Positions 15,967-24,207 of a stretch of 25,442 bases of DNA are shown here, piece after piece. Position 1 is the first letter of the stretch, and each line of letters starts with the position of its first letter. Position numbers and translations under genes: made by a program. Source of the stretch: Dehalococcoidales bacterium (GTDB taxonomy: Bacteria > Chloroflexota > Dehalococcoidia > Dehalococcoidales > RBG-16-60-22); NCBI GenBank assembly GCA_030639445.1, contig DAOWCR010000001.1, positions 1-25,442 on the forward strand. The letters run 5' to 3'. The notes under the pieces are model-generated. The model did not search any database, was not told the origin of the DNA, and was given only the letters and a program-made list of their open reading frames with translations.

Positions 15967-17028
15967 ATGAACCGGTCGGAGCTCAAAGGAAAGGTCCAGA
16001 CCGTCCTAGGGCTGATTTCCCCGGAAGAGCTGGGTATCACCCTGCCTCACGAACACCTCATCTGCGACGGCACTACCTGGTATTCCGAGCCCGAGGAGGC
16101 TTCCGAAAAGAGGCTGGTGCGGCACCCGGTAACCATAGATATCCTCTGGTGGCTCCGCTATCACGCTTTCCAGAACTGGGACGACCTGCAGCTACTGGAC
16201 GAGCAAACGGCCGTCGACGAGGTCCTCATCTATAAAGCCCACGGCGGCCGGTCAATCGTTGAGCTCACCATAAGAGGTATCGGCCCTGACCCCCGGGCGG
16301 TCGCCCGCATCTCCCGACTGACCGATATCAACATAATCATGGGCACGGCTTACTACGTGGAACAGTCTTACCCGGCCAACACCGACATGAATGCCAGGAG
16401 CGAAGAGGAAATCGCCGAAGAGTTTATCGCCGATGTAATGGAAGGTTTTGGCAACACGGGAATACACGCCGGTCTTATCGGTGAAGTCGGCTGTTCCTGG
16501 CCCTTCACCGACAACGAAAGGAAGGTGGTGCGGGCGGCGGCGCGCGCCCAGAAAGCCACCGGCGCGGCGATAAACATCCACCCCGGTCAGAACGAGGCGG
16601 CGGCGATGGAGTGTATTCGTGAGTTGGACAGGGCCGGCGGTGACATCAGCCGCACCATCATGAGCCATGTGGAGCGCGCCGTCAGGGAGCCCAAGAACCG
16701 CCTCGAGCTTGCCAAAACCGGCTGTGTTATTGAATACGACCTGTTCGGCCGGGAAGGTTACTACCCGACCCGTTTCCGGATACTGGACGTGCCTAACGAC
16801 GCCCAGCGGATTAACGAGCTGAAGGAACTGGCCGACCAGGGATACCAAAACCAGATTTTCGTCTCGCAGGATAACTACACCAAGAGCTCCCTCTGCCGCT
16901 ACGGCGGCTGGGGCTATGCCCACATTCTGCGCGACGCCGTACCGGTAATGAAACTCAAAGGGCTTTCCCAGGAGCTAATCGATACGATACTTATCACTAA
17001 TCCGAAGAGGCTGTTCCCCTTTATCTAG
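15967..17028 (+). CDS. Phosphotriesterase-related (PTER/PHP) binuclear amidohydrolase
   Basis: GKVQTVLG, TLPHEHL (H28, H30), GLIGEVGCSWP (bridging Glu), IHPG, MSHVER, EYDLFG, SQD, YGGWGYAHIL, NPKR. Confidence 0.92.
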   Translation: MNRSELKGKVQTVLGLISPEELGITLPHEHLICDGTTWYSEPEEASEKRLVRHPVTIDILWWLRYHAFQNWDDLQLLDEQTAVDEVLIYKAHGGRSIVELTIRGIGPDPRAVARISRLTDINIIMGTAYYVEQSYPANTDMNARSEEEIAEEFIADVMEGFGNTGIHAGLIGEVGCSWPFTDNERKVVRAAARAQKATGAAINIHPGQNEAAAMECIRELDRAGGDISRTIMSHVERAVREPKNRLELAKTGCVIEYDLFGREGYYPTRFRILDVPNDAQRINELKELADQGYQNQIFVSQDNYTKSSLCRYGGWGYAHILRDAVPVMKLKGLSQELIDTILITNPKRLFPFI

Positions 17029-17049
17029 CTGGTGATGTCAAATCACCAG
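17029..17049 (+). other. Intra-operon 8-bp hairpin
   Basis: ctggtgat-gtcaa-atcaccag directly after the PTER stop, no U-tract. Confidence 0.5.
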
Positions 17050-17077
17050 GTAACAAGCAACAAGGAGGAGATGAAAC

Positions 17078-18424
17078 ATGACCGGAGAACAACTGCTGGC
17101 CGAGGTAACCAGAAAATACGAAGATACCTATCGCCAGAGGACGCCAAAATCGCGGGCCACCCTGGAGGCCGCCCGGAAATACATGCCCGGGGGTGATACC
17201 AGGGCTTCCATCTGGTTTGAACCATATCCCATCTGGATAGATAAAGCCGAAGGCTGCCGCTTTACCGATGTCGACGGGCATGAGTACATCGATTTCCACA
17301 ACTGCTACACGACCATGATTCTGGGCCATGCCAACCCCAGAGTAGTCGCCGCCGTGCGGGGGCAGGCGGCGAAAGGCACCGCCCTGGGCGCGCTTATTCC
17401 CACGGTAGCCCGCTGGGCGGAGCTGGTCTGTAACTGGGTGGACTCGGTGGACAAGGTAAGGTTCGGGAACTCGGGCACGGAAGGGGTCATGATGGCCCTG
17501 CGCGTGGCCCGGAGCATCACCGGCCGGGACCTGATTTTGAAAACGGAGGGCTGCTACCACGGAAGCTACGACCCCGTGGTCTATCCCTCGGACGCGGCCG
17601 GGATATCGCAAAGCGCCCGGCAAGACTCCATCATCGTCCCCTACAATGATAAAGAAGCCGCCGAGAAAGCCGTCCTGGAGAACAAAGACCGGCTGGCGGC
17701 GGTCATCGTCGAGGGCGCCATGGGGGCCGCCGGTATGATTCCGCCCCGTGACGGTTACCTGGAGTTTCTACGTAAAATTACTGCGGAGAACGGCATCATT
17801 TTCATCCTGGACGAGGTGATAAGCCTCAGGCTGGCGATGGGCGGCATTCAGAGCGTCTATGGCGTCAAGCCCGACCTGACCACCATGGCCAAGATTATCG
17901 GCGGTGGCTATCCGGTGGGTGCTTTCGGCGGGCGCGAAGACATCATGCAGCAGCTTTCCCCCGAAGTGCACCGGGTCCACCATGCCGGCACGTTGAACGC
18001 CAACCCAATTACGGCCGCCGCCGGCGTGGCCACCATGGAACAGCTGGACGCCGCGGCGATAGACCACATCAACAGGCTGGGCGAGTCCTTTGCCGACGGA
18101 GTGCGCGCCGTCTTTAAAAAGCTGGACATCAAGGGGCAGGTGACCGGGATAGGCTCACTGCAAAATATCCACTTCAGCGACCGGCCGGTAGTGGATGGGA
18201 AGTCGGCACAGGAGACCAACAAAGACCTCCTGCACCTGTACTACCTGGCGGCACTGGAAAGAGGCCTGTTCTCGGCGACCCGGGGACTCTACGTCATGTC
18301 TACGCCGATGACCCGGAAGGAAATCGATACCGCGATCCGGGCCATTGAAGACATCATGGCCAGACTCAAACCCACCATCGAAGACCTGTGGCCGGAGCTA
18401 ATCGGGGAAGCGGTCCCGGCATAG
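17078..18424 (+). CDS. Class III PLP aminotransferase, GSA-aminomutase-like / beta-amino-acid transaminase type
   Basis: PGGDTR (R42), NSGTEG, EGCYHG, LDEV, TTMAKIIGGG (K272), HAGTLNANP, ATRG (R402). Confidence 0.9.
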   Translation: MTGEQLLAEVTRKYEDTYRQRTPKSRATLEAARKYMPGGDTRASIWFEPYPIWIDKAEGCRFTDVDGHEYIDFHNCYTTMILGHANPRVVAAVRGQAAKGTALGALIPTVARWAELVCNWVDSVDKVRFGNSGTEGVMMALRVARSITGRDLILKTEGCYHGSYDPVVYPSDAAGISQSARQDSIIVPYNDKEAAEKAVLENKDRLAAVIVEGAMGAAGMIPPRDGYLEFLRKITAENGIIFILDEVISLRLAMGGIQSVYGVKPDLTTMAKIIGGGYPVGAFGGREDIMQQLSPEVHRVHHAGTLNANPITAAAGVATMEQLDAAAIDHINRLGESFADGVRAVFKKLDIKGQVTGIGSLQNIHFSDRPVVDGKSAQETNKDLLHLYYLAALERGLFSATRGLYVMSTPMTRKEIDTAIRAIEDIMARLKPTIEDLWPELIGEAVPA

Positions 18425-18473
18425 CCGACAGCTCGCCAGAGGGTTGAAGAAGCAATAATAAAGGAGAGAGTAG

Positions 18474-18884
18474 ATGTCCAGTTCGGTCTACAACGGCTGG
18501 GAATTTCCGGCGGTAAAAATAGCGCCCCCCAGGGAAAGGTACTTAAAACTCATTGCCTGTCCGGAGACGACAGGCTATGAGAAAGCGACCATCCTCTTCT
18601 CGCACATCCCGCCCGGCAACACCACCGGTAGTCATACGCACCCGGATAGCGACGAGATAATGTACTGTGTCGGCCGCGGTGAGTGCACCATGAACGGGGA
18701 AAAAGTAAAAATAGAGACGGATTCGGTAATCGTTGCCCCCATGGGGGTGGAACACGAGTGCCGGAACACCAGCGGAACCGAGACCCTGAAACTTTTCTGC
18801 GTTTTCCTGCCGCCCATGAAGCTCAGTGAGCCCCTGGCGGCACTCGTGCCTGAGACCAGGGAATACCTCAAAGAAAAAGCCTGA
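18474..18884 (+). CDS. Cupin-domain protein (metal-binding)
   Basis: Motif 1 GSHTHPDSDEIMY and motif 2 APMGVEHECRN; RBS AAGGAG. Confidence 0.88.
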   Translation: MSSSVYNGWEFPAVKIAPPRERYLKLIACPETTGYEKATILFSHIPPGNTTGSHTHPDSDEIMYCVGRGECTMNGEKVKIETDSVIVAPMGVEHECRNTSGTETLKLFCVFLPPMKLSEPLAALVPETREYLKEKA

Positions 18885-18923
18885 ACCGAAGATATGGCGT
18901 TTCCTAACCGCTAGCCTTCCGGC

Positions 18924-19361
18924 CTACCTGTCCGGGAGCGACTGCAACGCGGCAATACGGCCCTCTCTCTTGCGGGCTATCAGGGCAAAGGCCCGGGGGA
19001 CATCCGCCATCAGTGACTTTGACTGCTCGGCGGCTTCCGAGTAGAACCGGATAATTTTCTCTTCCATCGCCACGGCTTGCCCCAGAGCATCGGAATAGCC
19101 TGTTTTCTCCGGCAGCCCGGCCGGAAAAGTATAACCGTCCGCGTCCAGGTTAAAGGCAAAACAGCCCTCAAGGGCATCAGAGATAACCCCGTAGTAGGTT
19201 CTCTCTACCTGGACGATGTTCTTCCGGTTTTCTCTGGCGAAAGATAGCCAGGTCTCCTCCGCGGCCGGCCACCGTTCGGCCAGCGTCTCGTAAAGACCGG
19301 CGCTGTCCTCCTCAAGCTTCCGGGCAAAGCTGATTACCTCGGAAGCCGTATTCAGCGCCAT
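18924..19361 (-). CDS. Ferritin/rubrerythrin-like four-helix protein with degenerate metal ligands
   Basis: Two repeats: ARKLEEDSAGLYETLA...FARENRKN and AVAMEEKIIRFYSEAA...IARKREGR; the ExxH positions lack His. Confidence 0.6.
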   Translation of the reverse strand: MALNTASEVISFARKLEEDSAGLYETLAERWPAAEETWLSFARENRKNIVQVERTYYGVISDALEGCFAFNLDADGYTFPAGLPEKTGYSDALGQAVAMEEKIIRFYSEAAEQSKSLMADVPRAFALIARKREGRIAALQSLPDR

Positions 19362-20852
19362 CTATAACCACCTCTGGATAACCACTTTGCTCTCGGTGAA
19401 GAAACGGACGGCGTCCCGGCCCTGCCCGTGCAGGACACCGAAGAAAGAGTCTTTCATGCCGCTGAACGGGAAGAACGCCATCGGCGCCACGATACCGATA
19501 TTGATGCCGATATTGCCCGACTCGACCCGGTACTGGAATTCCCGGGCGCTCTTGCCGCTTGAGGTAAAAATAGCGTTCCCGTTGCCGTACCTGCTGGCGT
19601 TCACCAGGTTTATCGCCGCGTCAAGGCTCTCCGCCCGCATCACGCTGGCCACCGGGCCAAAGATTTCTTCCCGACCGATGGTCATGTCCGGAGTAACATT
19701 CTCAAAAACGGTCGGATTAAGGAAGCATTTCTCCGGGTAGTCCCCCATAATCTTCGGTTTCCGCCCGTCCAGGGCGAGTTTGGCCCCCTCGGCGATACCC
19801 TTTTCAATAAATCCCAGGACTCTCTCTTTGCCGTCGGGCGACTGCATCGGGCCCATCTGAATTGACTCGTCAAGGCCGTAGCCGACCTTTATCTTAGAGG
19901 CGGCCTCAACGAAGGCGTTTAAGAACTTCCGGTAGAAAGCGTCATCCTGGCCGACGATAACCAGGTTGGCCCCGGAGAGGCACCGCTGGCCGGTATTGCC
20001 GAAGAAAGACGTCATCAGCGCCGGTATCGTCCCTCCGATATTAACATCCGGCATCACCACCATAAAGTTCTTGGCGGCGCCCTGGACGATAGCTCTCTTG
20101 CCCGTCTCGCCGCACTTCTTGTAAATATCCCGTCCTATCTGGCTCGTCCCGACAAAGGTCGCCCCCTTGATATCCGGGTGCTCCAGCAGAACCCCGGCGG
20201 CATCGGCCCCGCCGTGAACCAGGTTATATACTCCCGGTGGAAAACCGGCCTCGTCTATCAGCTCGGCCAGCTTTACCTGGCTGATGGGGTCCCGGGGCGA
20301 AGGCTTGACGATAAAGGTATTGCCCGTGGCCAGGGCGAACGGGGAGTACCAGAGCGGTACCATAAACGGGAAGTTAAACGGGGCAATGTGACAGAACACG
20401 CCCAGGGGCTGATAGATGACATACTCGTCAATGCCGGCGGCGATATCCTCCAGGCTATAGCCCATCATCAGTGACGGGATGCCGGTGGCCACTTCCACCA
20501 TTTCAATTCCCCGCCTCGTCTCCCCCCGGGACTCGTCAATGGTCTTACCGTGCTCCATGGTCTGCACCCGGCTTAAGCGCTCGAAGTTCTCCTCCATCAG
20601 CTCCTTTAACCTGAAGAGACACCGTACCCGGGCCAGCGGCGGCGTCCTTCTCCAGTCGGGGAAAGCCTCCCGGGCGGCTTCTACCGCCGCCTTCACTTCG
20701 TCCCCGGTGGACATGGGGACCCGGGCGATAGTCTGCTGGGTGGTCGGGTTGACGATATCCAGGATCTGGCTTGATTCGGACCCGACCCATTCCCCGTTGA
20801 TATAGTTCTTAAGCTCCAGTACCTCTTTAATCGGTTCTTCCAGGACTGCCAT
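19362..20852 (-). CDS. mmsA: CoA-acylating (methyl)malonate-semialdehyde dehydrogenase
   Basis: PFNFPFMVPLW, FVGTS, QGAAKNF (no ELGGK Glu), GNTGQRCLS (catalytic Cys), EEIFGPV, YGNGNAIFT, GINIGI, FFPFSGMKDSFFG. ATG 20852 after AAGGGGGG. Confidence 0.9.
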   Translation of the reverse strand: MAVLEEPIKEVLELKNYINGEWVGSESSQILDIVNPTTQQTIARVPMSTGDEVKAAVEAAREAFPDWRRTPPLARVRCLFRLKELMEENFERLSRVQTMEHGKTIDESRGETRRGIEMVEVATGIPSLMMGYSLEDIAAGIDEYVIYQPLGVFCHIAPFNFPFMVPLWYSPFALATGNTFIVKPSPRDPISQVKLAELIDEAGFPPGVYNLVHGGADAAGVLLEHPDIKGATFVGTSQIGRDIYKKCGETGKRAIVQGAAKNFMVVMPDVNIGGTIPALMTSFFGNTGQRCLSGANLVIVGQDDAFYRKFLNAFVEAASKIKVGYGLDESIQMGPMQSPDGKERVLGFIEKGIAEGAKLALDGRKPKIMGDYPEKCFLNPTVFENVTPDMTIGREEIFGPVASVMRAESLDAAINLVNASRYGNGNAIFTSSGKSAREFQYRVESGNIGINIGIVAPMAFFPFSGMKDSFFGVLHGQGRDAVRFFTESKVVIQRWL

Positions 20853-20878
20853 GCTCTTACCCCCCTTTTCCAAACGTT

Positions 20879-22048
20879 TTACTGTGCATAAGCCAGTTTA
20901 TAAAGCTCGATTATCTCCTCTTTGGTCACCGGCCGGGGATTATTCGCCGGGCTGCCGCTGGCCAGCGCGTCTTCCGCCATCCGGGGGGCCAGCTCTTCCA
21001 GCTTTTCCCGGTCCACCCCCAGCTCCCGCAGGGAAGACACTTTGATGTCCTTTATCAGCCTTTGCACCGCCGCCACTCCCCGCCGGGCGGCCGCCATATC
21101 GTCCCGGCCGCTGATATCCTCCCCCATCGCCTGAGCGATACGGGCATACCGGGCCGGATTTCCGCTCAGGCTGAACTCCATAACCACGCCCAGTAGAGCC
21201 GCGTTGGAAGCGCCGTGCGGCACGTGGAAATACGCCCCGATGGGACGGGCCATCCCGTGCACCAGGGCTACCGATGAATTGCCAAAAGCGATGCCCGCCT
21301 GGAGCGCCCCCAGCATTGTTTTTTCCCTCGCCTCGATAGTACTGCCCTCGGTCCAGGCCTGCTTCAGGTTGCCGGCGATGAGCTCGATGGCGGAAAGGCA
21401 GAAAATATCACTCATCGGCTGCGCCTTTACCGAGACGTAGGCTTCAATGGCGTGCGTCAGGGCATCGATACCCGTGGCGGCGGTCAGGCTCCAGGGCATG
21501 GAAAGCGTCAGCAGTGGGTCAACGATGGCGACATCCGGTGTCAGGAACGGACTGCCGACAAGCATTTTGACGTCTCTTTTGGTATCGGTGATGATGGTAA
21601 ACGGGGTAACCTCGCTGCCGGTGCCGGCCGTCGTCGGCACGGCGATGAGGGGAGCCCCTTTCTGCGGAATCTTGCCCAGCCCCTGATAGTCTGTAATTGA
21701 ACCGGTATTGGTCGCCATCACGGCGATGGCTTTCGCCGTATCAATGGCGCTACCCCCGCCAAAAGCCAGCAGAAAATCACACCGGTTTTCCCGGTAAACT
21801 TTCCCGCCCTCCCGGACAAAGTCCGCGGTCGGCTCGGTAGAAATGGCGTCAAAAACGGCAAACGGCACCCCGCTCCGCTGCAGCGCCTGCTTGACGCCAT
21901 CCAGCGCCCCCAGTTTGACCAAGACCTGGTCGGTGACAATCAGGCCCTTTTGCCCCTTGAGTTTCTGGATTTCTTCCCCGACCTGCTCCGAAGCCCCCGA
22001 CCCGGTAATCAGCACCTGTGGAAGGCGAAATGTTCTGGCTGACGGCAT
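20879..22048 (-). CDS. Iron-containing (group III) alcohol dehydrogenase
   Basis: GGGSAIDTAK, VPTTAGTGSE, DALTHAIE, VHGMARPIG, PHG. Confidence 0.93.
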   Translation of the reverse strand: MPSARTFRLPQVLITGSGASEQVGEEIQKLKGQKGLIVTDQVLVKLGALDGVKQALQRSGVPFAVFDAISTEPTADFVREGGKVYRENRCDFLLAFGGGSAIDTAKAIAVMATNTGSITDYQGLGKIPQKGAPLIAVPTTAGTGSEVTPFTIITDTKRDVKMLVGSPFLTPDVAIVDPLLTLSMPWSLTAATGIDALTHAIEAYVSVKAQPMSDIFCLSAIELIAGNLKQAWTEGSTIEAREKTMLGALQAGIAFGNSSVALVHGMARPIGAYFHVPHGASNAALLGVVMEFSLSGNPARYARIAQAMGEDISGRDDMAAARRGVAAVQRLIKDIKVSSLRELGVDREKLEELAPRMAEDALASGSPANNPRPVTKEEIIELYKLAYAQ

Positions 22049-22099
22049 AGCTGCCTCCTCGTATTTATCTCGCTCTGCCCGGCGCGGACACGGCCAGCC

Positions 22100-23248
22100 T
22101 TATGATAAATTAATGGGATACCGGCCGTACTCTCTCCCGGCCTCGAACATGGCCAGGATATTCTCCACCGGCACGTCCGGCTGAATATTGTGCACCGCCG
22201 CCAGGACGTAGCCGCCGCCGGGCGCGAGGTCCCGGATACGCCGCCTGACCTCGGCCTTTACTTCCTCGGGAGTCCCCTTGGGCAGTACTTTCTGGGTATC
22301 GATGCCGCCCCAGAAACTCAGGCGGTCGCCAAACTCGGGCCCCAGTATGCTGGAGTCCATATCCCGGGCGGCAACGTGCACCGGGTTGATGACATCGACG
22401 CCGAGCTCAATAATATCCGGTAACAGCTTATAGATGGAACCGCAGCTGTGGAGGTGAATAAAAGCCGAAGTGTGCTTTTTCACTATGTCAAAGTATTTTT
22501 TCTGGCGGGGCTTGAATAGCTGGCGGTAAAGTTCGGGGGAGACAATGGGCCCGTTCTGAAACCCCATATCATCGCCGACGGTCACCACATCAACCAGGTC
22601 GCCCCCCGCCTTCAGGATTTCCGCCGCGATGGCCGAGGTATGCTCCACGACAGCATCAAACATGGCGGCGGCCAACCTCTGGTCCGCCGCCAGGTCAATG
22701 AACCAGTCCTCAAAGCCGCGCAGGAATTGAGAAAGGTGCACGATCGGCGTCGGGAGTCGCAAGACGATGGCGTAGTCAGTATTCTCCCGACAGTCCGAAA
22801 GCCGCTGCCGCAGCCCCCGCGTATAGCCCGGGTCACCGGGGTCCGGCCAGGGAAAGTTAACGATATCCCGGACCGTTATCGGCCCGGCAAGAGGACACTT
22901 CACCAGGTCGTAGTAGAGAGCGCTGGACGGCCGGCGGCGCACCACCCCGTATTCGTCCTGATAACCGTTCTCCCCGACCGGCGTATCCGGCCGACTGTCC
23001 GGAGCGCCCGGGCTTATGCAACGGAAATCGACATCCAGCGCCTGAAGGATAGGCTCATGCACGGCCGCGGTCTGCATGAATTTGTGGATGATGGTATCCT
23101 CGGCCTCGATGCCAAAATGGGCCTTCAGTTTCTGATACCCGGCGACGTGGATACTGCTGCACACCGTGCCGCCCAGGTCAAATGGTATTCGGTCCGGCTC
23201 CTGGTGGCGGAGCGTCTTGATAACCCTTTCCCGATGACTTAAAGGCAT
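22100..23248 (-). CDS. Uroporphyrinogen decarboxylase / MtaA-CmuA (MT2)-like family protein
   Basis: ATG 23248 after GAGGGGG; RERVIKTLRHQEPDRIP, DEYG, WPDP, LRGFEDW, GDDMG, LHSCG, NPV, WGGIDTQ, GGYVLAAVHNIQ. Confidence 0.87.
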   Translation of the reverse strand: MPLSHRERVIKTLRHQEPDRIPFDLGGTVCSSIHVAGYQKLKAHFGIEAEDTIIHKFMQTAAVHEPILQALDVDFRCISPGAPDSRPDTPVGENGYQDEYGVVRRRPSSALYYDLVKCPLAGPITVRDIVNFPWPDPGDPGYTRGLRQRLSDCRENTDYAIVLRLPTPIVHLSQFLRGFEDWFIDLAADQRLAAAMFDAVVEHTSAIAAEILKAGGDLVDVVTVGDDMGFQNGPIVSPELYRQLFKPRQKKYFDIVKKHTSAFIHLHSCGSIYKLLPDIIELGVDVINPVHVAARDMDSSILGPEFGDRLSFWGGIDTQKVLPKGTPEEVKAEVRRRIRDLAPGGGYVLAAVHNIQPDVPVENILAMFEAGREYGRYPINLS

Positions 23249-23285
23249 GGGACACCCCCTCGCTGACACAATATCGGTTCTGTTC

Positions 23286-23314
23286 AAGATACCGTTTTCG
23301 CTCGTGATTGTCAA
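23286..23314 (-). promoter_or_regulatory. Promoter of the uroD-like/adh/mmsA operon
   Basis: TTGACA (23314-23309), 17 nt, TATCTT (23291-23286). Confidence 0.6.
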
Positions 23315-23354
23315 CCTGATTTGCCGCCCATACCGCGAACCGCCCGGCACTCCG

Positions 23355-23383
23355 TTGATTTGAAATCGGCGGAATGATATGCT
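23355..23383 (+). promoter_or_regulatory. Promoter of hyi-glxR
   Basis: TTGATT (23355-23360), 17 nt, extended -10 TGaTATGCT (23375-23383); the imperfect palindrome ccgttgattt-g-aaatcggcgg overlaps the -35. Confidence 0.55.
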
Positions 23384-23415
23384 GTAAGAGTTAAATTACC
23401 TCAGGAGAAAAGGCC

Positions 23416-24207
23416 ATAATCAGACTCAGCGCCAATTTAAGCATGCTGTTCTATGAGGTCGACTTCCTTGACCGTTTTGAACGGGCGTCCCGGGCCGGAT
23501 TCAAGGGAGTTGAATGCCAGGTCCCTTACCAATGGGAGAAAGAGACGCTGGCGGAGAGGTTAAATAAATACGGCCTGGAACTGGCGCTGCATAACCTGCC
23601 ACCCGGCGACTTATCCGCCGGAGAGCGCGGCCTGGCCTGCCTGCCCGGCCGGGAGGGAGAATTCCGGGAGAGCGTGGGGCTGGCTATTGAATATGCCAGG
23701 TTTCTGGGGTGCCGCCGCCTGAACTGCCTGGCCGGCATACCGTCCGCGGAGGCGCCGGCGGAAAAGACCCGCCGGACTCTGGTGGACAACCTCCGCTTTG
23801 CCGCCGCCGCCCTGGAAAAAGAAGGCATATCCCTGCTGGTCGAGGCCCTGAACCGCTATGATGTCCCCGGATTTTATCTCAACAATACGCGAGACACCCT
23901 CCGATTGATTGACGAAGTCAACCACACCAACCTCTGGTTCCAGTACGACATCTACCATATGCAAATCATGGAAGGTAACCTGATGAAAACCATCCGGGAA
24001 AACCTGGCCCGCATCGCCCATATCCAGCTCGCCGACAATCCGGGACGGCACGAGCCGGGCACCGGTGAAATCAACTTCCCCAACCTGCTTCGTTTCATTG
24101 ACGAGGCGGGATACAATGGCTGGGTCGGCTGCGAATACCGGCCGGCCGGCGCCACGGAAGAAGGCCTGAAATGGGCCGAACCTTATTTGAAAAAAGGAGG
24201 AGAATAA
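23416..24207 (+). CDS. hyi: Hydroxypyruvate isomerase (probable ATA start)
   Basis: (I)IRLSANLSMLF, GFKGVE, LVEALN, QYDIYHMQ, HIQLADNPGRHEPGTGEIN, GWVGCEYRP. Confidence 0.92.
   Translation: MIRLSANLSMLFYEVDFLDRFERASRAGFKGVECQVPYQWEKETLAERLNKYGLELALHNLPPGDLSAGERGLACLPGREGEFRESVGLAIEYARFLGCRRLNCLAGIPSAEAPAEKTRRTLVDNLRFAAAALEKEGISLLVEALNRYDVPGFYLNNTRDTLRLIDEVNHTNLWFQYDIYHMQIMEGNLMKTIRENLARIAHIQLADNPGRHEPGTGEINFPNLLRFIDEAGYNGWVGCEYRPAGATEEGLKWAEPYLKKGGE

Noticed and set aside
17078-18424. hemL / tetrapyrrole synthesis (together with the uroD-like genes as hemE)
   Set aside because: HemL and HemE signature motifs are missing and no other hem genes are present.
1051-18445. GCCAGAG heptamer in several intergenic regions (1051, 1071, 6460 minus, 14490, 18435) as a regulon motif
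   Set aside because: The same 7-mer also occurs inside coding regions, and flanks are not conserved beyond the 1051/1071 pair.
20853-24206. Longer starts from the ORF track (mmsA 20873, uroD-like 23350, glxR 24171)
   Set aside because: The extensions overlap RBSs, promoters or the upstream gene; internal ATGs have good SD spacing and match family N-termini.
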